Shown: positions 49,683-59,063 of the stretch, one piece after another | How the letters are laid out: every line of letters begins with the position of its first letter | Numbering within the stretch: position 1 is the stretch's first letter | From: Candidatus Sulfomarinibacteraceae bacterium | Lineage (GTDB): Bacteria > Acidobacteriota > Thermoanaerobaculia > Thermoanaerobaculales > Sulfomarinibacteraceae | Assembly: GCA_963796455.1 (NCBI GenBank) | Contig: CAWCLO010000006.1 | Location: 156,087 to 220,086, forward strand | Direction of reading: 5' to 3' | DNA: 64,000 bases | Position numbers and translations under genes: made by a program | Notes under the pieces: model-generated | The model's database searches: none | Told to the model about the DNA's origin: nothing | What the model saw: the letters and a program-made list of their open reading frames with translations, nothing else

Positions 49683-49889
49683 ATGCCCTATTGGATACAT
49701 GAAAATGGCGAAACCACCGGTCCGATGCGGGCCATAGATGTCCTCCGACGCGCAACACCCGGAGTCCAGGTCAGTGACGGCCAGGTATGGTTCCGCCTCG
49801 ATGATCCCGCCGACGACGGCAACCAGATTCCCCCCGATACCGACCACGGCGAGCCCAGATCGAATCAGGCCCACATGACGATTCGTTAG
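49683..49889 (+). CDS. Small GYF_2 (DUF4339)-like domain protein
   Basis: ATG 49683 lies 5 nt after GGAGG (ORF track starts at 49671). YWIHENGETTGPMRAIDVLRRATPGVQVSDGQVWFRLDD. Its stop overlaps the convergent RND stop. Confidence 0.5.
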   Translation: MPYWIHENGETTGPMRAIDVLRRATPGVQVSDGQVWFRLDDPADDGNQIPPDTDHGEPRSNQAHMTIR

Positions 49890-52800
49890 GTGAAACGCTG
49901 AACCCGGCCCTCTTTGCTGGTCAGAAACGAACACATCGCCGGCACAACAAAAAGTGTCAGCGCGGTTCCCACCAAAAGCCCGCCGATCACCGCAACACCC
50001 ATGGGAATGCGGCTCTCTGCGCCCGCTCCGAGACCGAGCGCAATCGGCATGATACCGAGCACTGTCGAGAGGCTGGTCATCAGGACCGGTCGAAAGCGTG
50101 ATGTCGCACCCTCGATGATGGACTCGGTCACCGAGCTTCCCGCCGCCTTACGCTGGTTCGCGAATTCGACGATCAGGATCCCGTTTTTGGTCACCAACCC
50201 AATCAACATGATCATTCCGATCTGGCTGAAGATGTTGATGGTCTGGTTGAAGTACCAGAGTGAGAACAGGGCGCCGGCGAGGGCCAGTGGAACCGTGAAC
50301 ATGATGATCAGCGGATCGCGAAAGCTCTCGAACTGGGCGGCCAGAACCAGGTAGACCAGCACCAGGGCCAGAACAAATACAAAAAGCAGACTGGTCGCGC
50401 TTTCGGCGAAATCTCGCGACTCGCCCGCGAGCGTGGATGAAAAACTGTCGTCCAGGACCCCATCCGCAATCCGCTCCATGGCGTCGATTCCATCGCCGAT
50501 GGTTTTGCCCGGCGCCAATGCGGCCGATACGGTGGCAGATTCGTATCGATCGAAACGAAAGATCTGCGGCGGACTGCTGGTCTCGGTGACCCGCACCAAT
50601 TTGTCGAGCAGGACCGGTGCCTGGCCTGGCGCGGTGACATAGAGATTGCGTAGATCGACGGTCTCGTCACGCGCGCCACGCATCACCTGGCCGATCACCT
50701 CGTACTGCTTGCCATCCATGACGAAATATCCCAGACGCTGTTCGCTCAAGGCGAACTGCAGGGTCTGGGCGATGCGCAGCGCCGAGACGCCCAGATCCTG
50801 CGCCCGTTCTCGATCGATCTCGACCCGGAGCTCCGGTTTGTCGAATTTGAGGTTGACATCGACGTAGGTGAAGGTCGGGTCAGATCGCGCGGCCGACAGG
50901 AACGGCGGAAGCACATCCTGCAGCCTCTCCATATTCGGCGCCTGGATCACGAATTGAACCGGCAGGCCCCGGCGCCGGCCAACGGCGATGGTTGGAGGCT
51001 GAGAGACGTAGGTTTGGGCATCGGTCAACCGGGCGACGTCGCGCGCCAGGGCATTGGCGATCTCAGCCTGGGTTCGTTGGCGCTGATCGGGCTCTACCAG
51101 CGTGATCCGGCCAAAGCCCGAGTTGACCGCTGAAGCCGCTCCGAAACCCGGCGCGGTGACCGTGATCGTGGTTTCCGATTCGGGCACATCCTCGGACATC
51201 AGGGTGTTGAGCCGATCCATGAACCGGTCCATATACGAAAACGTCGCACCTTCAGGGCCCCGAACCGTCAGGCTGATCTGACTCCGGTCCTCGAGTGGGG
51301 CCATCTCCCGAGGCAGCACATTGAGGAAGAGAGCCACCAGAGCAAAACACAGCAGGATGACCGGGACGGCCAACCAGCGCCGTTGAAGAAGACCCGTGAG
51401 ACTTTCCTTATAGGAAGTTGCCAACGCTTTGAAAAACGGCTCGGTCGATCGGTAGAACCATGGTTGCCGCGCTCGTTTTTTCAACAACCGGGTCGCCAGC
51501 ATAGGCGTCAGCGTCAGGGCGACGAATGAGGAGATGACCACCGCGCCCGCCAGAGTCACACCGAACTCCCTGAACAAGCGGCCGACGAGACCACCCAAAA
51601 ACAGAATCGGCATGAAAACGGCCACCAGGGCCACGGTGGTCGCAATCACTGCAAAGAAGATCTCGCGGGTTCCTTCGACACCGGCCTCCTGGGGACTGAG
51701 ACCAGCCTCGATCTTTGCGTAGATCACCTCGACAACCACGATGGCGTCGTCCACCACCAATCCGATCGCCAGCACCAGGGCCAGGAGCGTGAGCACATTG
51801 AGCGAGAATCCGGCCAGATACATGACGAAACACGAGCCGATCAGGGCCACCGGAATCACCACCACCGGGATCAAGGTGGTGCGCCAATCGCGGAGGAAGA
51901 GAAAGATCACCAGCATGACCAGACCAAATGCGATCAAAATCGTCTGACGTACCTCGGCCACCGATTTTCGGATGTATCGGCTGGAGTCGAATCCCCATCC
52001 CACTTCGATATCCGCCGGCAGGCCTCGCTGGATCACACCGACTCGGCGCTTGAATTCGTCCGCGATGGCGATGTAGTTGGCACCGGGCTGGGGCGTCACC
52101 ACCACCAGAACCATCGGGATGCCGTCGCGCTTCAAAACCGTTCGCTCGTTGCGAGGACCGAGTTCCGCCATGCCTACATCCCGCAGCCGGATGATCCGGT
52201 CACCCTCGCTCTTCAGGATCAGATCGTTGAACTCCTCCGGAGTATCGAGCCGACTCATGGTCCGAACCGGGAGCTCGACCTCGGAGCCCTCGATCCGCCC
52301 GGAGGGCAACTCGACATTCTCTCTTGAAACAGCGTCGCGGACGTCGATCGGCGAGAGGCGGAAGGCGGCGAGCTTCTGGGGATCCAACCACAGTCTCATG
52401 GCGTAGGTCTTCTCGCCCCAGATCGCGACATTCGCGACATTGGGAATCGTCTGCAACCGTTCGACAAAGGTTTCTTGCGCGATCCTACTCAGCTCGAGCA
52501 GATTCCGGCTGTCGCTGCGCACCGTGATCGCAGCGATCGGCCGTGCATCCGCATCCGCCTTCGAGACGATCGGCGGTTCAACATCCGGGGGCAGGCTGCG
52601 CATCGCCTGGGAAACCTTGTCGCGAACATCGTTGGCGGCCCGCTCGAGATCAGTGCCAAGTCCGAACTCGGTCTGAATGGTGCTGCGACCGTCGCGGCTT
52701 GTCGAAGTCAGGGTCCGAATGCCTTCGACGCCGTTGACGGCCGCCTCGAGCGGCTCGGTGATCTGCGACTCGATCACGTCAGCGGAAGCTCCCCGATAGG

Positions 52801-52948
52801 AGGTAGAAACCGAGATATTGGGCGGATCGAGGGAAGGGAACTCCCTGACACCGAGGAATGAGAGTCCGAGCAATCCAAAGAGCACGATCACAACCGACAT
52901 CACGATCGCCAGGACCGGGCGCCGGATGCTGAGGGTGTAAAGAGTCAT
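49886..52948 (-). CDS. RND efflux transporter permease (AcrB/HAE1-like)
   Basis: 1020 aa, 12-TM RND architecture. N-terminal IRRPVLAIVMSVVIVLFG and conserved AIGLVVDDAIVVVE. Confidence 0.95.
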   Translation of the reverse strand: MTLYTLSIRRPVLAIVMSVVIVLFGLLGLSFLGVREFPSLDPPNISVSTSYRGASADVIESQITEPLEAAVNGVEGIRTLTSTSRDGRSTIQTEFGLGTDLERAANDVRDKVSQAMRSLPPDVEPPIVSKADADARPIAAITVRSDSRNLLELSRIAQETFVERLQTIPNVANVAIWGEKTYAMRLWLDPQKLAAFRLSPIDVRDAVSRENVELPSGRIEGSEVELPVRTMSRLDTPEEFNDLILKSEGDRIIRLRDVGMAELGPRNERTVLKRDGIPMVLVVVTPQPGANYIAIADEFKRRVGVIQRGLPADIEVGWGFDSSRYIRKSVAEVRQTILIAFGLVMLVIFLFLRDWRTTLIPVVVIPVALIGSCFVMYLAGFSLNVLTLLALVLAIGLVVDDAIVVVEVIYAKIEAGLSPQEAGVEGTREIFFAVIATTVALVAVFMPILFLGGLVGRLFREFGVTLAGAVVISSFVALTLTPMLATRLLKKRARQPWFYRSTEPFFKALATSYKESLTGLLQRRWLAVPVILLCFALVALFLNVLPREMAPLEDRSQISLTVRGPEGATFSYMDRFMDRLNTLMSEDVPESETTITVTAPGFGAASAVNSGFGRITLVEPDQRQRTQAEIANALARDVARLTDAQTYVSQPPTIAVGRRRGLPVQFVIQAPNMERLQDVLPPFLSAARSDPTFTYVDVNLKFDKPELRVEIDRERAQDLGVSALRIAQTLQFALSEQRLGYFVMDGKQYEVIGQVMRGARDETVDLRNLYVTAPGQAPVLLDKLVRVTETSSPPQIFRFDRYESATVSAALAPGKTIGDGIDAMERIADGVLDDSFSSTLAGESRDFAESATSLLFVFVLALVLVYLVLAAQFESFRDPLIIMFTVPLALAGALFSLWYFNQTINIFSQIGMIMLIGLVTKNGILIVEFANQRKAAGSSVTESIIEGATSRFRPVLMTSLSTVLGIMPIALGLGAGAESRIPMGVAVIGGLLVGTALTLFVVPAMCSFLTSKEGRVQRFT

Positions 52949-54036
52949 GACGCCGATCCGGCCGCAGGCGGAATTTCCTCGACCTCGATTTCGAGGCCCG
53001 GCCGCATCTGCAGAATGCCGGACGTGATCACCAAATCGCCCACCGCGAGACCGCTGGTGATCTGGACCGCAGTCTCCGAACGAATACCGGTTTCGACCGA
53101 GCGCGGCTGGGCGGCACCCTTTTCATAGACAAACACCTTTTTCCCGCCGAGTTCCGGGATAACGGCGATCGATGGCACCGTCAACGCGTCCGGAATCGAA
53201 CGCAGGACGAGGTCCACATTGGCAAAGGCCCCGGGGACCAGTATGCCGTCGGGATTCGGGCATCGGGCGCGCATCCGCAGCGAGCGGGTCTGAGCATCGA
53301 CACTCGGCTCGATGGCATAGATCGTTCCTGGAAAGCTCTGTTCCGATCCCTCGACGGCGAAGGAAATCTCTTCACCCACCTGCAACAACGCAGAGTATTT
53401 CTCCGGTACGGAGAAATCCAGTTTGACCGGGTCCAGGTCGTTCAGCGAAGCAATCGTCGTCTGCGATGAGAGATAGCTCCCTGGGCTCACCCACCTCAGG
53501 CCGATGATCCCGCTGAAGGGTGCGCGGATCTCTGTTTTCAGGAGTTGCGCCTCGATCTGCTGCAGCTCGGCGCGAAGGACGTTGAGCTCGCCGAGCGCCA
53601 CGTCGTAGTTTTCGCTCGAGATGACCCCGTCGGCAAGCAGCTGTTTCTGGCGGGCCTCGGCGCGCTCGGAGAGTTCGACCCGAAAGAGGGCCCGCTGCCG
53701 ATCGGCCAGGAGCTCGGAATCGTCGATTTTCAAAAGCAGCGCTCCGGCACCGACCGGACTGCCTTCCTTGAAGTGGATCGAGGAGATCTTGCCCGAGATC
53801 TCGCTCACGATATCCACCTCCTCGTTGGCGCGAACGGTTCCGGTGGTGGCAAGCCGCTCGGTGAGGTGGATCGGGCTGACCTGATGCACACTGACCCGAA
53901 GTGGCTCCTGCAGAGGCCCGCCGGTCTCGGGAGCAGCAGTTCGGCGCATCTCCATCAACTTGGGTATCGCCAACAGGGCGAGAACAACCAGCACGACAGC
54001 AATGCCAACGCGCCTTCGTGGGATCACTCTCATCAT
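52945..54036 (-). CDS. RND efflux periplasmic adaptor (membrane fusion protein)
   Basis: TM anchor, hairpin/lipoyl/beta-barrel pattern (VSEISGKISSIHFKEGSPV.., IRAPFSGIIG). ATGA overlap with the permease gene. Confidence 0.9.
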   Translation of the reverse strand: MMRVIPRRRVGIAVVLVVLALLAIPKLMEMRRTAAPETGGPLQEPLRVSVHQVSPIHLTERLATTGTVRANEEVDIVSEISGKISSIHFKEGSPVGAGALLLKIDDSELLADRQRALFRVELSERAEARQKQLLADGVISSENYDVALGELNVLRAELQQIEAQLLKTEIRAPFSGIIGLRWVSPGSYLSSQTTIASLNDLDPVKLDFSVPEKYSALLQVGEEISFAVEGSEQSFPGTIYAIEPSVDAQTRSLRMRARCPNPDGILVPGAFANVDLVLRSIPDALTVPSIAVIPELGGKKVFVYEKGAAQPRSVETGIRSETAVQITSGLAVGDLVITSGILQMRPGLEIEVEEIPPAAGSAS

Positions 54037-54243
54037 TTCTCCGATCTTCGCGTCATGCCTCCGAACTCGAAGCGGCTCGAGGGGAGGTCTGTTTTATAGC
54101 ACGGGGCAGGAATCCTCATGACAAGCTCGATCGCGATTCCAGCTGCTTCGGGGGCTTTCGAGTGGGCAATGAGGTTGGTGTTCGTGGCGGCGTTGGACAT
54201 GGTCACCTCTGGGTCGTTCATGCCCATACCCACAAGCCGGTGT

Positions 54244-54297
54244 GGCGGCCGATGTCAAGGGTGCCCTGCACCCTGCCTGTCTTTGACATCGGCCGCC
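54244..54297. other. Strong nested hairpin (15-bp perfect stem) upstream of the RND operon
   Basis: GGCGGCCGATGTCAA (54244-54258) pairs with TTGACATCGGCCGCC (54283-54297). The loop contains an inner GGGTG/CACCC stem. No U-run on either strand. Confidence 0.7.
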
Positions 54298-54350
54298 CAC
54301 CGGCTACCCCCTTCTGTTGAACGACCCGGTGGTGGCCTCGCCGTTACGGC

Positions 54351-54522
54351 ACCTGATTGCTGCCACTGAATTCTGTCGCTGATTGCTGATCGCTGTTCCC
54401 TGTCGCTGCTATCTGGCGCTGTCGCTGTTCGCTGGCGCCTGTTCGCTGCCGCTGCCGCTGGACACTGTCGCTGCAATTCGGACGCGGACACGGGCAAATG
54501 CGAACCGAATATTCCAACATCC
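54351..54522 (-). repeat. CAGNNNN heptamer-array element, copy B
   Basis: On the minus strand it starts 14 nt after the EcsC-like stop with head GGATGTTGGAATATTCGGTTCGCATTTGCCCGTGTCCGCGTCCG (about 85% identical by eye to the 5901 head). Shared GAATTGCAGCGACAGTGTCCAG follows, then units CAGCGAA, CAGGCGC, CAGCGAA, CAGATAG, CAGCGAT, CAGCAAT. Confidence 0.8.
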
Positions 54523-54535
54523 GCCTCGTGATCGA

Positions 54536-55342
54536 TCAGGACTCGACAACTGTCCTTCTGGCCAACAACCCGTTGTATCGCTTTCTCACTTCATCCGGGC
54601 CATAGATCCGCTCGAGACGTCGAACCGTGAAGTGTCCTCGCGCCATGTCCTGGAAGTGGTCCATAAAGAGAACATTGATCCCCGCACCCCCGAGGGCGCC
54701 GACAAGAGGCACACCCTGGACCATGATTTTTTCACCGACGACGGTGTTGAACCGGGCCGCGATCTGAGCCAGCAGACGAACGATGACCGGTGCGCCGTCT
54801 TCGATGACCGATCGCTGCGCGACGTATTTCGCGGCCTCGCTGACCGCCCGCGCAAGGGCCGCCCGGACAGCGAAATAACCCGATTCGGTGGCATCGTCTT
54901 CGTTCGACGAACCACCCATGGCAAAGACCTCGAGACACGCCAGGCGCGCCGCTGGGTCAGTGAGATCTTCACCCTCGCTGCGGGCGACATCGGCGATGGA
55001 CCGCAGGATGATCGTCGTGGTGATCGGCAACTCGACGGCAAGCGCCGCCAAACCGAAGGCGCCGCCAACTCCACCGACCAGGCCTGCCGCCGCCGTGTGG
55101 CTTTTCAACCACGGTCGCCGCCGCTTTCCGCTACCCAGGGTCAACGCCGCCGTGTTGACCGCCGCGGTCAGGGATTTGTGGACGGTCTTGGTGATCTTGT
55201 CGCTGGTGTTGGTCGGCAACTTGTCCAGGACATACTCGATCGGCGTCCCGACAAGATCAGAGGCCCTGGCGATAAAGCCCGGGTTTTCCAACAACTCGAT
55301 CGCCGATTCCAGATCTTCGAGGTCTTCGTATCGCCAGTCCAT
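54536..55342 (-). CDS. EcsC-family protein
   Basis: N-terminal DLEDLESAIELLENPGFIARASDLVGTPIE and a Gly-rich amphipathic core resemble EcsC (PF12787-type) proteins. By-eye assignment. Confidence 0.7.
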   Translation of the reverse strand: MDWRYEDLEDLESAIELLENPGFIARASDLVGTPIEYVLDKLPTNTSDKITKTVHKSLTAAVNTAALTLGSGKRRRPWLKSHTAAAGLVGGVGGAFGLAALAVELPITTTIILRSIADVARSEGEDLTDPAARLACLEVFAMGGSSNEDDATESGYFAVRAALARAVSEAAKYVAQRSVIEDGAPVIVRLLAQIAARFNTVVGEKIMVQGVPLVGALGGAGINVLFMDHFQDMARGHFTVRRLERIYGPDEVRKRYNGLLARRTVVES

Positions 55343-55403
55343 TCATAGATCCTACCTGTCCCGACCCGAATCGTGTCCCACCGGGTCACGAAAACGGCAG
55401 CCC

Positions 55404-55434
55404 TTGACAGACACGCCATCACGACTCATATTAT
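55404..55434 (+). promoter_or_regulatory. Candidate sigma70-like promoter of the PadR operon
   Basis: Perfect TTGACA (55404-55409), 17-nt spacer, CATATT (55427-55432). Alternatively TATTAT at 55429-55434 with a 19-nt spacer. Confidence 0.5.
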
Positions 55435-55442
55435 GCAGAGTG

Positions 55443-55468
55443 TCGATATATCGAGAATCGATATATCG
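55443..55468. promoter_or_regulatory. Tandem palindromic operator candidate (2 x TCGATATATCGA)
   Basis: Perfect 12-bp palindrome TCGATATATCGA at 55443-55454, repeated 15 bp later (TCGATATATCG, 55458-55468). Sits immediately downstream of the -10 and 25 nt before the PadR ATG. Confidence 0.55.
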
Positions 55469-55492
55469 GATTTGAAACAGCACATCGAAACA

Positions 55493-55852
55493 ATGGAACG
55501 TTTGATGACACACGCCTTACTCGATCCGAAGAATCTGGCCCGAAGCTGCCACGAGGCGCTGATTCTAGCGACGCTGGCCGGTGGCCCGCGGCACGGCTAT
55601 CAACTCGCGCTCGAGATCGAAGAGCACAGCGAGGGATCGTTTCGCTTCAACCACGGGACCCTTTATCCGATCCTCCACAAGATGGAGTCAAACGGTTTTC
55701 TCACCGGATCCTGGGCCGAACCCACCGGCAAACGCAAACGGCGCCAATACGAGCTGACCGCATCCGGTCGAGAGCGCCTCGAACAACTGCGCAAGGCATG
55801 GACGACCTATTTCGGCGCCCTTTTCAACGTCATCGGGAGGAGCCAATCGTGA
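55493..55852 (+). CDS. PadR-family transcriptional regulator
   Basis: LILATLAGGPRHGYQLALEIEEHSEGSFRFNHGTLYPILHKMESNGFLTGSW..KRRQYELTASG is a canonical PadR winged helix. Confidence 0.9.
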   Translation: MERLMTHALLDPKNLARSCHEALILATLAGGPRHGYQLALEIEEHSEGSFRFNHGTLYPILHKMESNGFLTGSWAEPTGKRKRRQYELTASGRERLEQLRKAWTTYFGALFNVIGRSQS

Positions 55853-56580
55853 GTCGATTCAATCAATTCCTGCACCACACCGGGGAGCGCCTCACGCTTC
55901 CGAAGGCCACAAGAAGTCTGATCCTGGTCGAGATCGCATCGGATCTCGAGGATCTTTTCCAACACTATCTTCGCCAGGGCTCGAGCGAAGAAGAGGCCGC
56001 GGCCAAGGCCGAGGAAAAAGTGGACATGTCCGACGAGGCCTTGGCCGAATTGGTCCGGATCCACTCCGAAAGGCGCGGCTGGTCTGATCGTATTTCTCGT
56101 CGAGTACAGACACTTTGGGAGCGTATCGCGCTGAGTTTGATTGTCCTCTTCTTCCTTTTTCTTGCGAGCACCGGCAACGAGGTGAATCCCCTTCGGAACG
56201 CCAATGCATTTGCATGGCCGATCGGCGTGACCCTGATCCTTCTCGTGATCGTCTTTATTTTCCAGATGGTGCGGTTCTCCGACAAGGTGAACCCACGCCG
56301 TCACCGCGAAGGCCTGGCGACGCTACTTTTTCTCGGCGCCGCAAGCTTGCTTATCGGGTTCCTCGGTGTGGGTATCGAATCTTACCGGACGCTGTTTCGA
56401 ATGGCGGCCGACCCGGAAAAGGCAGGCGCGATGTTTTCCCGAGCAGTCATCGGAAATACCTCGACCCTGACGATCGCCCTTCTGGTCGCCCTGTGCGCCG
56501 GCGTCTGTTGGTTCGTTCTTGCCGGGAGGATCACCCGGCTCGAAGACAGAGCAACCAAAATGTACCTGGAGGTGAACTGA
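55849..56580 (+). CDS. PadR-associated membrane protein (HAAS / permease-prefix-like N-terminus, 4 TM)
   Basis: GTG overlaps the PadR stop (GTGA) behind GGGAGGAG. N-terminus LPKATRSLILVEIASDLEDLFQHYLRQGSSEEEAAAKAEEKVDMSDEALA, followed by four hydrophobic helices. Confidence 0.7.
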   Translation: MSRFNQFLHHTGERLTLPKATRSLILVEIASDLEDLFQHYLRQGSSEEEAAAKAEEKVDMSDEALAELVRIHSERRGWSDRISRRVQTLWERIALSLIVLFFLFLASTGNEVNPLRNANAFAWPIGVTLILLVIVFIFQMVRFSDKVNPRRHREGLATLLFLGAASLLIGFLGVGIESYRTLFRMAADPEKAGAMFSRAVIGNTSTLTIALLVALCAGVCWFVLAGRITRLEDRATKMYLEVN

Positions 56581-56975
56581 TGTCACCGTTCATCCAGATC
56601 TTCATGCAGGGCGGGATTCTGATGTTTCCGCTGCTGCTCATCTCGTTGGTTCTCCTCGGAATCATCATTCGCGCCACATGGCACCTCCTGGTCGACGGCG
56701 GTACCGATACCGCCGCCGTTGAAAACTGTCTCGACGGGTTGCTTTTCTGGGGCAGTTTCGCAGTCATCATCGGGGTGCTCGGATCGGCCATCGGTTATCA
56801 CCGGGCGATGTCCGCAATCACGGCCTATGGCGTCGTGAACCCGCGGGCAGTTTGGATCGGCACCGCCGAAGGGATGGTCTCCACCATCGCCGGGCTCCTC
56901 GTGGTGGTTATCGCCGGGATGGCATGGTTCTTACTGCGATGGCGATACCTCAGCCTCCGTCGGGTCGGAGTCTGA
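56580..56975 (+). CDS. Short MotA/TolQ/ExbB-family proton-channel-like protein (131 aa)
   Basis: ATG overlaps the previous stop (TGATG) behind GGAGGTG. Three TM helices. Family-like core GVLGSAIGYHRAMSAI...AVWIGTAEGMVSTIAGLLVVVIAG. Confidence 0.65.
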   Translation: MSPFIQIFMQGGILMFPLLLISLVLLGIIIRATWHLLVDGGTDTAAVENCLDGLLFWGSFAVIIGVLGSAIGYHRAMSAITAYGVVNPRAVWIGTAEGMVSTIAGLLVVVIAGMAWFLLRWRYLSLRRVGV

Positions 56976-57128
56976 GATCCGGCCAAAAATCGACCGCAGA
57001 TATCCCGAAATGGGCACCTTCTCTCCCGAGACCGGGAGGTGACGGCCTCTGAACTCGTCAAACATCCGGGCACGCAGGTTGCACTCCATCGACCTGAGAC
57101 GAGATTGCCGTTGAAAGGACTTCGGTTG

Positions 57129-58203
57129 ATGTACTTGTTCAAATGCTTGCTTTTTGTCATGGTCGTATTGGCTCTCACACCGTGCACAGCCTCCGCCGAG
57201 GCCGCACGATTCAGCGATGAAGTTCTGGCGGAGATCGCGGCAAAAATCAATCAGGCGCACGAGGCCGACGAGTTCTCCGGCGTCGTGCTGGTTGCGCAGG
57301 ACGGTGAGGTGTTGCTGCAAATGGCAGTCGGTTTCGCTCGCCGCGAAACAAGGGTGCCGAACAACATCGAATTCCGCTACAACATCGGTTCCATCACCAA
57401 AGTATTCACACGGGTCCTGATCACCCAACTCGACTCGGAAGGCCGACTCGACCTCCACGACACGATCGCGCACCACCTCACCGATTATCCCGACCCCGAG
57501 ATCGCCCAAAAGGTGACCATCCAGCACCTCCTCGACATGTCCTCCGGGCTCGGCGACATCTTTGGCGAACGTTACGACGCAACGCCCAAGGATGAAATCA
57601 TGACCCTCACGGACTACCTCGCGCTTTTCGCCGGCATACCACTCGAATTCGAGCCCGGCACCTCGAAACGTTACTCCAACGCCGGATATATCGTGCTCGG
57701 TCTGATCATCGAGAAACTGACCGGGTTGCCCTACCATCAGGCGGTTGCAGAACGGGTCTACAAACCGGCAGGAATGAAGTCCTCGGCGAGCTTGGCCAGG
57801 AACGGGCTCCCGGAAGACGCGGCCTTCGGCTACACCCGCGAGGGATGGATGTCGGCCATGGAGGGTGGAGAAGCACCGACCGGTGAATGGAGGGTCAACA
57901 CTGACACCCTCCCCGGCCGGGGCAGCTCCGCCGGCGGCACCTACTCCACGGCGCGCGATTTGATGGCCTTCAACTACGCGGTCGAAAAAGGCAAGCTCGG
58001 CGATGCAAGCTATTTTCGTAAGTGCGGCGGGATGCGGATTTGCCGGCGGCGCACAAGGAATCAACGCCACCCTCCTGTCCAACTGGGACACCGGCTGGAC
58101 AGTCGTCACCCTTGCCAACCTCGATCCACCCTCGGCCATGACCCTCGCGCGCTCCATAAGCGAGATCCTCGAGCCGCCGGCCGATACCGAATCGGCGCAG
58201 TGA
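57129..58203 (+). pseudogene. Beta-lactamase-fold serine hydrolase; one frame break near the 3' end
   Basis: Signal peptide, SxxK SITKVFT, YSN (RYSNAGY). The frame switches at the T4 run ~58013-58016 into ...GCGFAGGAQGINATLLSNWDTGWTVVTLANLDPPSA (ORF 58003..58203). Confidence 0.8.
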
Positions 58204-58431
58204 ACATCCCACCGATCCCGGCAGCGCTTGAGTTCTCGACCAAAGGGTTGAGTTCCCGAACCTGAACCTGCAAACAGCTTCCGATTTCAGTTTCGATGAG
58301 GCCGATAACTGGCCGTCACACCTCGAAATCTCCTGATCGATTCTTTGTCTCATTTCACCTATTTCAAATGTTATACTTGCTATAAGTGACATAGACGTCG
58401 CTCAACCGCCACCACGCTTCCTTGGAGCACC

Positions 58432-58992
58432 ATGACCGCAAAATCCCAGGATTCCGTCATCGTCGAGAGCACGCGCTACGACCTCTGTGGTGTGCACGGA
58501 GAAGGCCTTTTCGAGCCCCGCTATTACGACATCGAGACCGAGCCGCCGACCAGGGCCTGCTCGCGCGGCTATGCCTGCGGATACGCAATCAGGGAGAAGC
58601 AGCTCTTCCTCACCGAGCTCGAGATCTGGTCGGACCCCTCGCTCTGGAATCACTACCGGCGCCGAATCGCCGAGATTTTCGGCGCCTCCGTCGCCCTTGC
58701 CGGCGACCATCCATTGATCGACGTGCGACAACTCACTTTTCCGGTGCCATTCACCGGCGGTCTCTATCTCGGCAGGGGTTTCATGGAAGAGACCCACACT
58801 CACATCGGGACCCACCCGGCCCACACCTATCGCGAAGTCATCGAGCTCACCTTCGAGTCCGGGAATCTCCTGGCTTCCGCCAACAGATCCTTCGAGATGG
58901 CCGAGGTTCGCCTCCGCCAGAGCTTTGGCGAGGAGCACCGCAGAAGGCAACTTGCCAGATGGATCGACGATTCTTTTTGGACGACCTCCTGA
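58432..58992 (+). CDS. Hypothetical cytoplasmic protein (186 aa)
   Basis: GGAG lies 6 nt before the ATG. Third-position GC is high throughout. No motif recognised. The antisense ORF 58402..59208 is judged a shadow. Confidence 0.55.
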   Translation: MTAKSQDSVIVESTRYDLCGVHGEGLFEPRYYDIETEPPTRACSRGYACGYAIREKQLFLTELEIWSDPSLWNHYRRRIAEIFGASVALAGDHPLIDVRQLTFPVPFTGGLYLGRGFMEETHTHIGTHPAHTYREVIELTFESGNLLASANRSFEMAEVRLRQSFGEEHRRRQLARWIDDSFWTTS

Positions 58993-59063
58993 GCCCATCC
59001 GTTGCAACCTGAAGCTACGGAACGAGGCCGCGGCCTGTTCAACCCCACCGTCAAGGCCTTCAG

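Noticed and set aside
56931-58157. 408-aa minus-strand ORF opposite the beta-lactamase-fold gene
   Set aside because: It is an antisense shadow. The plus strand carries the signal peptide and the SxxK and YSN motifs.
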